Positions 13,446 to 44,615 of a stretch of 64,000 nucleotides of DNA are shown piece after piece; the stretch's first letter is position 1, and each line of letters begins with the position of its first letter. Location: assembly GCA_976226885.1 (NCBI GenBank), contig OZ320313.1, forward strand, positions 141,298,001-141,362,000. The letters are read 5' to 3'. Below the pieces are notes generated by a model. It ran no database searches and was not told where the DNA came from. It saw only the letters and a program-made list of their open reading frames with translations. A program made the translations under genes and the position numbers. This DNA is from Iphione sp. A-MEVVRFRX5. Its lineage: Eukaryota.

Positions 13446-13879
13446 TTTCACCAAATTTCATGTGATAGTGGATAGCTTACAGAATGATCTTGAGTTGTGT
13501 CAAAAATTAAAGAAATCCATCAAATATCAATAAACGTAACCTGTGGCATTAAAATTATCGATCTATATGGTTCACTCTGCCAATTGACTGTCTGGATAGC
13601 GTTAAGGCTTGGATAAAAGTGGTGGAGCACACATTGACCACTTTAGCAGGCAATGAGGCTGGAGAATTGGTGTTCAAAAAGACATTAACACAGAGAACAG
13701 TAGATGGTGTGGTGGCCGATTATTTTTTATGACTGGCCATCAAACATCCAGTATATTTATGGCTGCAATACAAGCAAGAGCTCGCTACACATTTTGGCAA
13801 AGTAGTATCCAAAGTACATGCAAATTAGAGTGTGCTTAGAAAGTGCAAACAGAAATCTAACAAAAGCATTTATGTTTCA

Positions 13880-15005
13880 CAGAATGACTGTTAGAACTTG
13901 CACCGGATGCTTATACCCCTGAGCAATTAGAAAATGATATTGTTAAGTTACAGCTCGTAGAATGTTTCGCAGATGGGCTTAAGTCTCACACAATTGCAAG
14001 AAAGGTGTTAATGGAACACCCTTTGACATTTTGAGATGCCATAAACTTAGCAGGAAGGGAGCATGATGTGCTGTAGAAGTTCTCTTTAGGAAATCAGGAA
14101 GAGACCCCAATGGAGGTGGATAAAATAGAGGAGAAGGGAATATTCAATGCAACTGTTATAGTTGTGAAAAATCGGTCCATATGAGCCAGGAATGTCGGGT
14201 AAATGGGCGTTGATATATATGGGAGCCGATGTGTCATTCATCAAAACTCACGTATGTATACACTGAAATTAAAAACTGGGGATTGGCTACTGAGCCTAAC
14301 CCAACTGAGATGGATCTTCAAGGGGCAGGAGGAGTATCACTGCAGCAGATTGGATAAATGACAATTAACTTCACCATTTCACCTATTTTCCTTGAAGGGG
14401 AGTTTCATGTCATTACACTGCACATATAAAACATTGCCCCAAAGTAGTACTGACCATGGGGAGGAGCTCTCATTGCTGTGAGATATTTTCAAGGTCTTAT
14501 AATGTGCTAACTTCCATATGTTATTCACGAAAGACTAAACAAAAGAAAATGACCCCACTTTTGACTACTTTTTCAATCAAGTGTATCCCTAAGGTGATGT
14601 GCTGTGTGCATGGTAGTCTGTCCTTTGACTTCCCCCACTAACCTAAGGGGGGAACAATAAACTTTTGAGGTGGGTTCACCTACCTTTGACTCATCTCTCG
14701 GTCTTCCTCCAACCACTGCTGTAGCCGAAGGCGCTTGCTACAGTAATAAATCATTTCTTAAATTTTAGATTGGGATTGGTTAACTCAACATACTGATGAA
14801 ATTAATGCTACTGAAGAATTTTTACAACTAAGTGAGATACAGATACCGTTGGTAGCAAATGTTTTTGACACTTGTTCTGAGGAGTAGTAATCATCAAGTA
14901 CCTTGGAAGAGGAGTCAAAGCTGGCACACCTCTTACCTGTCATGCCAGTCTATTTGAATTTAATGTCATACTATTTGGGTTGTGTAATGCCCCTACCAGA
15001 GCAGA
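13880..15005 (+). mobile_element. Highly decayed Gypsy gag/protease/RT relic
   Basis: Gag-like LQLVECFADGLKS..ARKVL...ETPMEVD and knuckle CYSCEKSVHMSQEC (13.9-14.2 kb). Protease-like LQGAGGVSLQQIG (14.3 kb) and DWLTQH...LSEIQIPL (14.8 kb). RT-like LFGLCNAP (about 14970-14995). Confidence 0.65.
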
Positions 15006-15240
15006 AACGGAACTGAGTGAGAGAACTAAACAATACTTACAAACGCAAGTGCAAAGGGTATGGGAGGAACCATTAGATATTTTAGGGGAACAACCTAAAC
15101 AAGTTTGGGAGGTAAAATAAACCTCTTTTGGGTCACAGATTCTATTCAGAGCCTAATTAAAGTGTATTACAAATGATAACTGACTTAGAGACCAAAACTA
15201 GTAGATCAAGCTCTTCAAATTCATCCTATTCATCAGAGGA

Positions 15241-16060
15241 TTAATGCCACATCTTATTCCCCACACCACATCTTAACGCCACATCTAATTCCCAACAGTT
15301 CGGGGAGGTACATGACTCAGCAACCCTCCTTTTCAGCCAGCCAGAGAGTGCGACAGTCCCATCCTTCACTAATTGAGGCAGCAAAGTCCAATACTTCACA
15401 CCTGCATAACTCAGACACTGTGTGTAGCGTGTGCTCCTGGGCCAGTTAATTGCCACTCATCTTGTCTTGCTCTCCCTTTCCCATGGGAGTAGGTTTAGCT
15501 TCACCTGGTTATTTACAGCCTTGACACCCCTTGTGTGAATCAAGTCACACAGACGGGGAATGTCATGTCTCCTGGATAGTCTCATTGCAGACAGGAACTC
15601 ACCGGTTTGGAGACATTCATGGTTCATCTAATGAGATGCACTTGCAATTTGACCATTTTGGTGGTTGGCAGACCGAACCACGTCACGGAGTGGTAATGGA
15701 AATGTGTCAAGACCAAGGCTTTAAACAGCATCCATTGGGTCTGTGTAGGTAGACACGATTTGGTCCTACCAATGCATAAGGACGCCGACCATGTGCACCT
15801 CATTACTGCCTTAATGCTACTCCTCATCCGCAGCCGCCCATCCACAATGTACCCTAGAAATGTTGCGGATTCCTTACATTCAAGGGGTATTCCCTGTAGG
15901 CATAAGTCCAATGGGATACCAGCTGCCCTACCCATTGAAGTACTGAAGAGCCAAGTGAGTGACTTTCACCAGACACAGGGTCACCACAATGTAGGACACT
16001 TTGACCATACTGACTCATCAGGAGGTGCGAGGTAATGGTGCCTCGCTCAGTCATATGATA
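15241..16060 (-). mobile_element. CR1/L2-group LINE RT C-terminal relic inserted in the Gypsy relic
   Basis: ATFLGYIVDGRL, LFKALVLTHFHYHSVTW and LSYAGVKYWTLLP match the thumb and 3' region of L2/CR1 ORF2. Confidence 0.7.
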
Positions 16061-16149
16061 GGGATCATTCAGCTTGTGAAGATTTATGGACTGGTATTAG
16101 GTTTAATGAACACGAAATTTCTAAGGCATATGTCTCTATACATGCTGAA

Positions 16150-16765
16150 AGAATGATCAGGGCATTCGAAGAATGATTGTACTTAGTAGAAGATACTATA
16201 ATTCAGTTGGAGATTAAAGTGGCACACATAATGGTTAGAAGGTTGACACCAGAAGTACTACCCCTACATGAACTGACATATAGTTCAATCCGGCTCATGT
16301 CCACTATAATCTACCATGGCATTGCCATTCGCATTGGAAAACGTGGGAGTACTATGCCAATATTTAAGGCCACTACCTGTGTTGACTTAGTGACTATAAA
16401 GATGCCTTTAGTGGACCCATGGGCAAGGTTGATTTTGTATGAGGTAGTTAACATGTCTGTGCCTACTCAAAATTGACCTGCCATTGTTAAGTAACACTTA
16501 AATTTTCCTTCTTTGGTGTGACTGCTGATGGGAGAAAGTTTACACTTGTTACTGGGGATGATTTGGTTCATTGTGAGGACATCTATGCGAAGTATTGTGT
16601 GCTGACCTCTTCCTTGTATGAGATAAACGGACATCACTATGGTGTCATTGCACTGTTCCACTTGGAAACCAATAAGGTTAATTAGTTGTGTCAACAAGAA
16701 ACTGTGATGGATGAACATTTGCCCATGGTAAGATATGTTTAACAGGGCAGATGGATTGCCCAGTC
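16150..16765 (+). pseudogene. Envelope-like (baculovirus F / errantivirus env type) relic
   Basis: IIQLEIKVAHIMVRRLTPEVLPLHEL and IKMPLVDPWARLILYEVVNMSVP, then in another frame FTLVTGDDLVHCEDIYAKYC...IALF...LC...PMVRYV.QGRWI. The order and Cys spacing fit F-type fusion proteins. Stops and frameshifts are present. Confidence 0.6.
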
Positions 16766-16812
16766 CCCTCACTCACAAGAAAAAGTGGACGCACCTGATC
16801 GTTCCCCCTAAA
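16763..16812 (+). repeat. About 50-bp dispersed repeat, second copy at 20886-20935
   Basis: gtcccctcactcacaa(g/c)aaaaagtgga(c/t)gcacctgatcgttccc is present at both sites. Confidence 0.75.
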
Positions 16813-16829
16813 AAAAACAGTAAATGTAC

Positions 16830-16975
16830 CTGTATTGGTCCAATACCAATTCTGTACAGTTAGATACTGGCAGTAATGGCAAATAAAAGTCATTACCCAG
16901 CCTGTATTGGTCCAATACCAATTTTGTATAGTTATGTACTGGTTGTAATACCAGATAAAAACCATTACCCAGTCA
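16830..16975 (+). repeat. About 71-bp tandem duplication within a palindrome-rich repeat (about 16.8-17.5 kb)
   Basis: cctgtattggtccaataccaatt...cattacccag occurs twice in tandem. Confidence 0.7.
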
Positions 16976-17865
16976 ATAGTAGCCAATACCTTGTGTGTTT
17001 TGTATGATCTAAATGATGTACTGGCCCAGTATTGGCCCAGTATTGGCATTCTTTTTTAGTAGTATGCCTGCCACCTAGTGGTGAAAATTCAAAAATCGAA
17101 AATCAACAGTCAAAAACTGGTAGGTGCAGCACAGGAGACAATAGAATTGGCATTTTACAGGTAAATATAGTTTTCTTTCTCAACAAGTTTGTGTGATATT
17201 GAACTTAAGTAACCAGTAATTCATTATTCACTTGAATATATTTGCAGAATGGTTGTAAAATACTGGTACTCTTGGAATTAGTAGTGGGTGATAATAGGAA
17301 GCTTATGATTTGTGATGAGAACTCCCACTAAGGATTACTGTAATGGGCCTGTACTGGGCTGATGCCGGACCTGTACTGTGCCCATACTGGATAGCCGGTA
17401 CCGGCCCGTTACACAGCCAATTTGCAAATCTGTACCAGCCCGGTACTGATATCCTGTACCGGACCGTTACCGTAAACTGTACCGGCCAGGTATCGGTCTA
17501 TTACAGTCATTTTTACTGGGGAGGGAGGAGGGCAAGGGGCAAAGTGGGCTGAATGGTAGAGCTGAGGCATAGCAGGAGGGTAGGAGGAAGAGAGGAAAGT
17601 AGCCAGAAAGGGGGTGGTATGGCAAAGAAAGAGAGAGAGAAGTAGAAGAAGAAGAAGTTGCTGTCTCTGTCATCTGGACCTGGGGTCCAGGAGTCTTGTC
17701 CTACTGTCTAATGCCTTGATAAATCCATCTATGAGGTCCTGATTTTGGTCATAGAAGGTATATAGCCTGTGTAGGCCTAGGAGTCCATCCTCCTGGGCAC
17801 TCTTGATGATGTGTGCTGCTAAGGCTGGGGCAGATAGGAGAGCTAGTTCCTCGTCACTGCCATAC

Positions 17866-19296
17866 CTATCTATGGGAAAGTGGATTAGGTTTCGGGCAAT
17901 TTGTTAATATGTGGGGAATGGAGAATACTGCCCCACAGCTACATGGCTGATATTCCAGAAGATTGATTATCCGTTGGTATCCCAGTCTCAGTCTTGCAAT
18001 TGAAGTCTGCATGTGCCTTGGTATGGTCTCTCTAGGTAGTGGGCATACCTTAATTAAGTAGCTGTGCCATTCCCAACTTCGGGAGGGGAGCACTGGGTCT
18101 AACTTGTTCCTCCATTTTATGTTGATTGATTTCTTGATTGATGTGAGGATCTGTTGGAGTGATGGATTGGTGGGCATGATTATTTTTGGAGATTGTGCTG
18201 CTTGCTTGGCCGCCATATCAGCTGCCTCATTGCCTGCTATACCAGCGTGGGATGGTATCTAGTGTAGTGTGGTGTGGATTCCTTGTGAATTCCTTTCCAA
18301 GAGTGCATATTGGATCCTTCTGGCCAACACATGCTCACTTTCTCTGTCCTGTATTGACAGAATAGCATTATGTGAGTCTGTATGTATCACAACTGTAACA
18401 GATATTGACATAGATGCCATCTGGTGGCAATTTAACTACTTGTAACTGGTTGAATGTGTAGCTACTATTCTACTGTTTTTAATAAACTACTTCCTGTCAG
18501 CCATCTTGCCTTTTATGTACACTAGTCATCTGCCCACACATTTAATGAACATTACAACAACCGATTCATTCTGATATGTGCTTAGTGCAATTCAGATGGC
18601 GGCAAGTTCGATGGTGAGGCTAGAGGCCTCATCACTGACCCTAGGGCCCTTTCCCAGTTGGGGTAGGTGACAAATGCGGCACCTGCCTGTCCTGATTTTT
18701 GGTCCACACTGCCATCTGTATAAATGTGTCTTGCTCTTGGTGTCAGCTCCCTGATTTCATCAGTTTCTGCAGCTGCTATGGTACGGAGTTGTAGGCTATG
18801 GGGTTAATTTCAGACTTTTTGTGCCTTGGTAGATTTGTCACAAGTGCAAGTGGCACGTACTGGTTTCCAGGGGGGAAGGTTGAGTGGTTCCGGTTGCAGC
18901 ACAAGATGTCCACCTATCTCCTTGGTGCTGTAAATGGCTGCTTTGAAGGCCCATGCTAGCTCACCCTTTGTTGGTCTTACTGCCTCTAGTTCATCCTTGA
19001 TCTTTTAAGCAAAGCGTGTGTTTAGTTTACTGGCTGTGCGCAATAGGAAACAAGAAGTGATCTGCAGTACCCGGTCCTACTCTTTCTTTGATAGGGAGCA
19101 GGTTCGCTTCTGACTGGAGGTTTTCGATTCTTGTCCGCAGTGGTGCTGCAAACATTTTCCTCAAGGCGGTGTTTTGAATCTTGTCCAGTTTCTGGAAGAG
19201 TGAAACCAGTGCAAGCGTAGTTCTAAAGCAGCTTACCAGGTGGCAGTATGTGTAGGCATCTATCGACAAAATTTTTTCTGCCAAAGCGTGGTACAT
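17866..19296 (-). mobile_element. I-group (Nimb/Ingi-like) LINE relic with RNase H domain
   Basis: LDKIQNTALRKMFAAPLRT...LQSEANLLPIKER, then RNase H motifs VVIHTDS (about 18380) and IPSHAGIAGNEAADMAAK (about 18210-18260), then IARLRLG and a CSC...HILTNC knuckle. Confidence 0.85.
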
Positions 19297-19551
19297 TTAC
19301 GTTTGTGGGGGCTCGTTGGAATTCGGGGCCTACATTAGGTACATGTTTAACGTTCTTTTTCTCTTGATATAAATTTCTTATATAAAGTAGCACGGAAATC
19401 CTCATTTTCCCTTGGACTGTAACGCGTTTAAGGGACCACTCGGAGGTCAGTAGAACGTAAAAGGATTGTAAATTTTGAAACGGATTAAGTAACCCCTTAA
19501 GTACCTCACTTCATTCATGATTTATCACCATGCTTCTGACCGTACGCTCTG

Positions 19552-19593
19552 ATTGGCTAAAAGTGGAGCCAGCGCCCCCGGAGCTAAACCAAT
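19552..19593 (+). promoter_or_regulatory. Two opposed CCAAT boxes upstream of the HPD first exon
   Basis: ATTGG at 19552-19556 and CCAAT at 19589-19593, 60-100 bp before the ATG. Confidence 0.4.
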
Positions 19594-19652
19594 CAAAATG
19601 AATGTGTCTGTACCATGCCTTCCAGTAGGACACTAGGCTGCAGACGGACACG

Positions 19653-37353
<17,701 letters not shown>

Positions 37354-40300
37354 CGGATACTGGCTTGACACTGTAGACCACTTCTTCTGGAGAGTGGACA
37401 ATAGCTGTTGTGACTGCACAACTGCAGAGCTTCAAACGGTCACAAGTTTCCGATGAATGAATTCTGTCGGTTTTTTTTAAATGCAGGATATGTGTGGCAG
37501 TAATTAGTGTCTTACAGCAGTACATACACAGTTTGGTAGAGGAAGGTGATGACCACAAATATTGGTCATCTTTGTTGTCATTTTGCACAGTTTGAAACTG
37601 CACAAGTTTCCCATGAAAAACGTTGCAAGTGGAAGACGTCAATTTACCAGATTTTTACCTATCGTGTCAGGCAAATATAGTTTTCTTTTTTGTGACACTC
37701 CTAAGGGCGCCAAGTCTCTCCTCAAGGGCAGCAGCCAATAGATTTCCTTTTCTTGATCTCGATTCGACACTGCTGCACTATTTGGAAATCATCGTACAGC
37801 TGTTAAGATGTGGGAAGCACATCACCTTGCAATTTCAGTATGTAGGTGTAGTCCAACGTTTCTTGGTGTGCATTTTGAACAGAACTACTTAATGGAATGC
37901 CATATGCTTGTCTGCGAGTAGGATTCAAAATTTAGAAATTTGCCCTTTTTAATTCTTCATAATTGGCGTTTAAGACATTTTTTTTCGACATATCGGAAAA
38001 GCTTGAAGTACACTTTCTGTGCATAATGAAGGAAGGTAGTTCTGTCAGAGAATTTTCCTCAGTTGGCCAGTAACTTTCACTCAGAGTATATAATTGTAGA
38101 CGTTTCTGAGTTGATTGTAACGTATTGTTAATTCACTGACCATGCTACTTAACTCTAGTTGCCAAATGTTTAAGTTGTCTTTCCCCTCTAGTGAAAGGAA
38201 GGTCTACCTGAACGAGATGCATCTTCAGTGTATCGATCATCTATCTGCGTGTGTGCGTGTGTGTGTATGCATGTGTGTGAATCGATCTCCCTATAATATA
38301 CCGTAAGCAGTATTGGACTGATGAAGCAAGTTGATAGTGCAGTCTGTACAGGAGTGAGACTTTCTACCAGTAATTCTGTACCTGACCTTTCCGGATCTGA
38401 TTGGCCTATTGCTTGGAGGCGTGGATATCGTCCATCCTCCGCTTGTCTCTGATTGTTGGTACCACTAAAATCCTTATATATCTCCTTGTTGTAGACGATT
38501 TTTCGCTGGTTGGCAAGGATCTATTGCTAGGAAATATTTTAGCGGCTTCAACTCTTAGAGACAAGTTATTGGATAATGTGCAAACATTGAGCGCTAGATA
38601 AATTGCCGTTGGCAATGCCATACCCAGGTCAGTGGATAATTGTAACCAAAATCTTCGAATTAATCTAAAAGCATAAAAAACGTTGAAGACTAACAGCAAA
38701 TGTCAGTACTGAAACTTATGAAATATTTCATCTTGAAAACCTTCCCACAAATTCTCTCTTCACGCACGCTTCTGAAAGATCTGTTGTGTTTGTTACACTG
38801 ACTCTGCTTCCTCTCTGCACATCAGTGTGCTGTTGTCGACGGTTTGAAAATGTGTGCAAGGGTTTATGGATACCCGATTGTGGAAGAAAAAAGGATGATA
38901 GCATGTGAGATAGTAAATGTAAATACGTCGAATTGTCCAACAATCAGACCTGCTATTTTTTGCTATACATTTTACCAGCGGTACACACTTAAAGGGAAAA
39001 AAGATCTGAGGAGATTAGCGTCATGAAAAGAGTACTTCTAGGATATTTCATCAAATGGACATCGTAATTATCTCTAGGTTTTGCTCAATGTTGAACTGCT
39101 ACCCTGCGAGTGTAAAGGCTATGGTTTACAGCAGCCTTGTTGGCGTTTTGTCCACTTTGGTCAAGAAGGGATTTTCCGCCATTCTTTGTTAGTTATTTTC
39201 CTGTTTCCAAATATTCATGCTGTGTTAGTTTTGTAAATGTTTTTTTTTGTTTTTTTTGGGGGGAGAGAGACCACCGTATGCTTATGATTCAGTTTACGGG
39301 ACCAGAGCTCTAGCAGTGATGTGATCAGGGCCGGTAGAGAGGTAAACTATGAGTCGGACGTTGCTCTTGGCAGGGCTACAAAATCAGCTGCTGTACTTGT
39401 TTTGCTTCCCTTAGAGCGAAAACTCGATGTAATTTTCATACCCCAAAACTCAATACCGTTAAATCATTATACTAGGCTCAGTGTTGTTTGAAATGGCATA
39501 ATAATGCACACAATATACAAAAAGGTTGTAATATTACGTTTCAACAATTAATCATGTACGTGGGTACATCAAATAATTGTATGGCATAATGTGGCGACTT
39601 CACATTACTAATTAAGACCCTGCCTTGCTGTGTAATAACACGGAAGTCTGTTCAGCGGATTGACTATGGATATATATGTCTCTCTGCCGGCCCTAAAGGG
39701 AGTGTACAGTAACTATCGAGTTGGAAAGCATTAACAAATAACGCTTGTAACTCGCAGAAGCCCTCGGCAGCTACGTCTATGGGTGGGGCGCCCTTCCCGT
39801 GAGAGGAGGCAACCGTCACCCTTGATCTTGTGTATCTCTGGCAAGTGCCTGGTCCGAGAGACCAGTGAAGGTTTAGGGGAGTCGGCGAGTAGGATCTAGG
39901 AGAGGAGGGGATCCTTAGTGCAGAGAAATGCGAGAACAACATGCGGGGAGGTTGGGTAGAACTTCAGGGCAATGGAAGTTTTATCATGATAAGGCAACAT
40001 TGACAGTGCGATATAGAGCAGAACGTGTCTATCTGAAGAAGAAAGTGAACGTTGACTGTTATTTTTGTAGACGGCATAGCAAACTGACCCTTCGTTGAGC
40101 AGCAAAAAGATGCCCTCTCTAGAAAAAATATTTAGTATGGGTTTCACTGGTGCCAGCAGTGGTGTTGATATAATTTCAATATCATGAGATTCCACCTTCA
40201 AATTCCCGCTCTTGGCTGTACATTCCCTCCTCAGTGAAGGGTTGATTTTATTTGGAAATGCTACATCTCAGGTGAGCACCAGTGTTGTGAAACGAACCAA

Positions 40301-41079
40301 CATTTCAGTTATTATGAATTATGAATCAGTAGAGATTGGTGAAGGTAGATCTGAACTGGGCTGTAGGATGCTTTCAAAGCGAGATCCATTTCAAGGGAAC
40401 CCTTATCGTTTGGTTTGTTGAAAGGTGTTTTCTATTCCTAACTGAAATAACATGATTTATTTCAAATATGTTTTCGGGCGAAGACTGCTCATGCACACAC
40501 ACATGCATACACATACATATTTTTGTTTGCACCCAAGTATGTGTATGTCCTTTTTAAGCTTTGCAGCTAGCCTTACCTATACTTTCCTCATATAGTATCA
40601 AGCAGTTCACCCTCTGGTATCGCACGAAAGATGTGCCATAATTTTTACCCGCTACCACTAAAGACAAATTGAATTTCATTGGCGATTTCGGAATGCAGTG
40701 TTTGACATATACACGTGCACTGTATTTTAAGATACCGGTATACTGTTGTCTTTTGTCCTCCGTTCCGCTGCAATTTGTGATTATACCTTTACAGTGCTTA
40801 TGTTACAAATATACATCATAACAGCTTTGTGGGTAAACTTTTTGGCCAATCATTAAAATCAGATTAATCCTAGCCAAACCGAGTTTAATTGTAGGAAATG
40901 GATCGAATCTCTTCGTTGATCGATTTTGTTACTGTCGAATGTCAGTAATTACTTGTTAATAAATGGATTTGGGGGATCACCTCTTTGATCTTTGTTTAAT
41001 GGAGTGATTATCAGGTGTGTGTTTACAGGAAAATATTGCAGGATACAAAGTATTGTTTGCTATAGGTATACTTTTGCTA

Positions 41080-41607
41080 GGCGGGGTTTCCATGTGCACA
41101 TGCTGCCATAGGCTGCGTTTCCACAACCATTGAAGATAATCCAATAACCACTGTACAAACACTAAACATAGAGTATTTCCATGCACATGGTATTTTTCTA
41201 CTGTGAAAGCACAGAAAACACAAGAAGAAAACAAAAATCAAGCAAATTAGCCGTAAGGCAAATATCTGGCTGACATGATCAGAAATGGTGTATTTCATGG
41301 AAACTCAGCCCAAAAATGGCAAATTACATGGAAATTCAGCCAACAAATCGTATATTTCATGGAAAGTAGGCTTTAAACATGACATTTTTTTTGTAGGAAA
41401 CTTAGCTAAAAAGGTTATTTCACTATCACTTTCCTTATACTACTGTGGAAAACATGCCATGTGGGACATGTTCCATTTTGAAAACACAGTGTACACGCAC
41501 ACATTATGTTGCATGGAAATACTCCTAGTCCTATCCTCTGTCCCCCAAAAACATGCTGGAAACACATTTACACACCTGTGAAAACACACGCACATGAAAA
41601 CCCGGCC
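41080..41607. mobile_element. PIF/Harbinger-type MITE
   Basis: Ends ggcggggtttccatgtg / cacatgaaaacccggcc with flanks cta/tta. Internal repeats resemble those of the 27928-28289 copy. Confidence 0.7.
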
Positions 41608-44199
41608 TTAAAGAAGATGTCTTCTTGTATATGACTTCATCGTGGAAACTTGGTTATCAGATGGACACCTAACAGCAAAATTCATGTTTATTTTTTTCCT
41701 TTATATTGCTCAAATCCTCTTGATTCCTGTCTAGCTACATGCTTATTTTCCTTCTTGTCTCTTCTGCTAAATTTTTCAAAAAGCAGTTTCCTAAAAAGTG
41801 ACTTCAGGCCACAAAGCCTTTAAATGCCTGCCACTTCATAATGAAGCTTTGGTACCAGAGGCTTCAGTAAAAGAAGTATACTTGTACCATGTGTTCGAAT
41901 ATTAAAAGCCCTCACCAGATGCAAGTAGATCCCTATACAGTAGTTGACCCAAATGTCACTCCTAGCAATGTGGGGTGTTCTAACAGCTCCTTAAATCTGT
42001 GATATTGCACATGTGCCACAACGGGCCCTTCACTTTACAGCTCACGGCTGTGCCTTCCACTATATTAGAAACACTGAATTGAAACGTGCGTAAACGTATC
42101 CTTGGAAAGATATTTTGGCCACTGATGACTGTAAATGCATGAAATGTTGCTTCAAATAATAGTTGTTGGCCCTACAGTAATTATATATGCATCAGGGGAT
42201 AGGAGGAGCTGTAACACATATTCAGTGTCTTTTGCATGCAAAATACATATGGGGGTCCAAAATGCATATGTAAATGCTTATGTAATTAATGGACAGCCCA
42301 TATTGATTGTGCAGTTATTAGTTGCATCTAAGAACGAAATTAATATGTTTTGGAAGCAACCAGGTCTTGGGTAAAACTTTCTCTTGTTCAGAACATCAGT
42401 CAGTTCTTATTCCAGTTTGAAGTTAAAATGGATCTAAGGAAACAGGTCAGTTTTCACACTACTTCCATAAAGCCCAGACTAATGCCATTCTTACAAATTG
42501 TTATGCTCAGAGTGCCTAATATTCGTTATACGTTTGATTCCTTAAAACTAGTTTTATGGCATATATTAGCTCTTATTATCAACAGTTAATCAGATAATGA
42601 AGAATGAGTAAGGGGAAGATGAAGGCCATACTTTATAAACTAAAGATTTTATCCATGTCCGGAAATTCAGGCCAAAGAGCAAAATTTCTATCGATCAAAA
42701 TATAATCACAGTGAACATCACCTTCCCGAAACATCTACAGTACGGATGTGTCCCGAATGCAGATGATTCAAGATGTCTATAATCAGGACAGCAAATTTAG
42801 CTACACATACCCCTGTGGATAGGTTTAGACCACGAATCGCTCGGTTTAAACTGAAGTACCATATGCGAATTGTATTAAGTCTGCACACCTCTGGTGACAT
42901 CTTAGAGGAATATCCCTTTCAGCTTGGACATCTGAGAGGGCGCACCAACACCTCTGTCAGTATAAACCTGCCTGTTAGCAGTCTAAACCCGCTGATTTGC
43001 GGTCTAAACCCGCAAATTTACAGCCAGCCAATCATCAGTCAACCAAGGAAAATAGCCATACCATAACTTTCTAGGATCAATTTCATAGAAGCTATGGCTG
43101 TTTGAACATCACTCCTGATTTGTGGTAAAATTACGTGCTTTGTACTGCTAATTGTGATTGTCAGTAAAAATAATTTTACTAGGAATCAATGGCATTACTT
43201 CATACAGCTATAACTTTGTTGATACTGATTTTCATTTTTCATTTTCATTTCATTGTATCTTTAACCAGGAACTAGATATTCTCTATTAAATGCAACAAAG
43301 TTCATATGAAGGCTAGAGTACCTAAGGCAGAAAAAATGAGCCATAGTATGTCTATGTCCATTATGTTGGATATATGATGGCTTGAAATATCCCCACTTAT
43401 CACTGTCAAAAAAGGATTCACACCGATTTCGCTATTTGATGGATTGCTGGCAGTTAAAACAATCCATTGCAGCACTTACGTTCATCTTTTTTCGACAATG
43501 TTGCAAAATAACATACTTTCATTGGTTGAAAGTCTGTTATTACATGACAAATGGCAAAACATGTTGTAGCAGTGCGGATGACTCTTTGGCAATAGGTGAA
43601 TTGCTGTAAAAATGACACCTATTAGTGGTAAAACAAAATAATATACATGTAGTTACAACTTCGTAGATAATGAACCCAGAAGGACATGCATCTCACTGTT
43701 TTCATTTAACTCACCTTTAAAATTAACTTTGTTGCATAAAAATCTGACTATTAGAAGTGAAGTTAAGTCTTGGATTACACTAAGTGAGGGAACTCGGTAA
43801 AAAAATGAGTTAGTCCCTGAACTATGTGTGCATACATTCAATCTTCCAGCAGTTTTGGTAAAACCTCCTCTAGACTCTAGACTCTAGGGTTCCAGCTAAT
43901 CCTGGCACCAACATTTCACAAGGTCCTAAAAAGTGGACAAACATTTCCAACATTGACCATACTGGTCAATCGCATGGAATTATTCTAACGCAAACCATTT
44001 TTGTTATCAGAAAACCTAGAGTGAGCAATCAAATCTGTTGACCTCCTGATTGATAAGCTTGAAGCCTGCATACATGTAATCTGTTTTTCTTATGATTTAG
44101 TTTTATATGCTACTACCCCAAATTCACAAGAACATAGTTCCATGCAGAACGTCAGATGAGCATTGAGCAGTACATCGAGCATATACGATCTCATGGTAC

Positions 44200-44615
44200 T
44201 TAGTGTATAATGGACGTCACTTCAATACATGTATATACATGATGGTCCCCAACGAAGCCAACCGGCAGATGAAAGATCGACCCCTCGCTACAGGTCGTTA
44301 CAACTTAGGTATCATGATGTCACAAGTGCCAGGCATCCAGAGTCTCGTAAAGGATCACTGATAACATCTTTGTTGTTCATAAAGTGACTCGACACAAAAT
44401 AAAATGGCTTTACACTGTTTTAAAGGACTAGTTCCGCTTAGCACTGATACGAAGAACACAAGTTCCTGCCAGAAAAAAATTTTGTTTTCACCACTTACAG
44501 TACTTTGTAGTAAGGCTTTACTTCAGTATTTCTATCTGTACACTGTGCAATATTTTACCCTTTAAGAACATCTCTTCTAACAACACATCATCACCTTTAT
44601 CCGAACTGTGTTACA
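44200..44615 (-). repeat. 3' LTR of the minus-strand Gypsy, with PPT at 44616-44627
   Basis: On the minus strand ggaggggaggga is followed by TGTAACACAGTTCGG. 44294-44610 is a diverged direct repeat of 51421-51674. The distal boundary is uncertain. Confidence 0.8.

Noticed and set aside
37620-39030. Possible L1/Tx1-like relic on the minus strand (HNRVSIN...CREEAESV)
   Set aside because: Too degenerate, and neighbouring frames do not give a consistent domain order.
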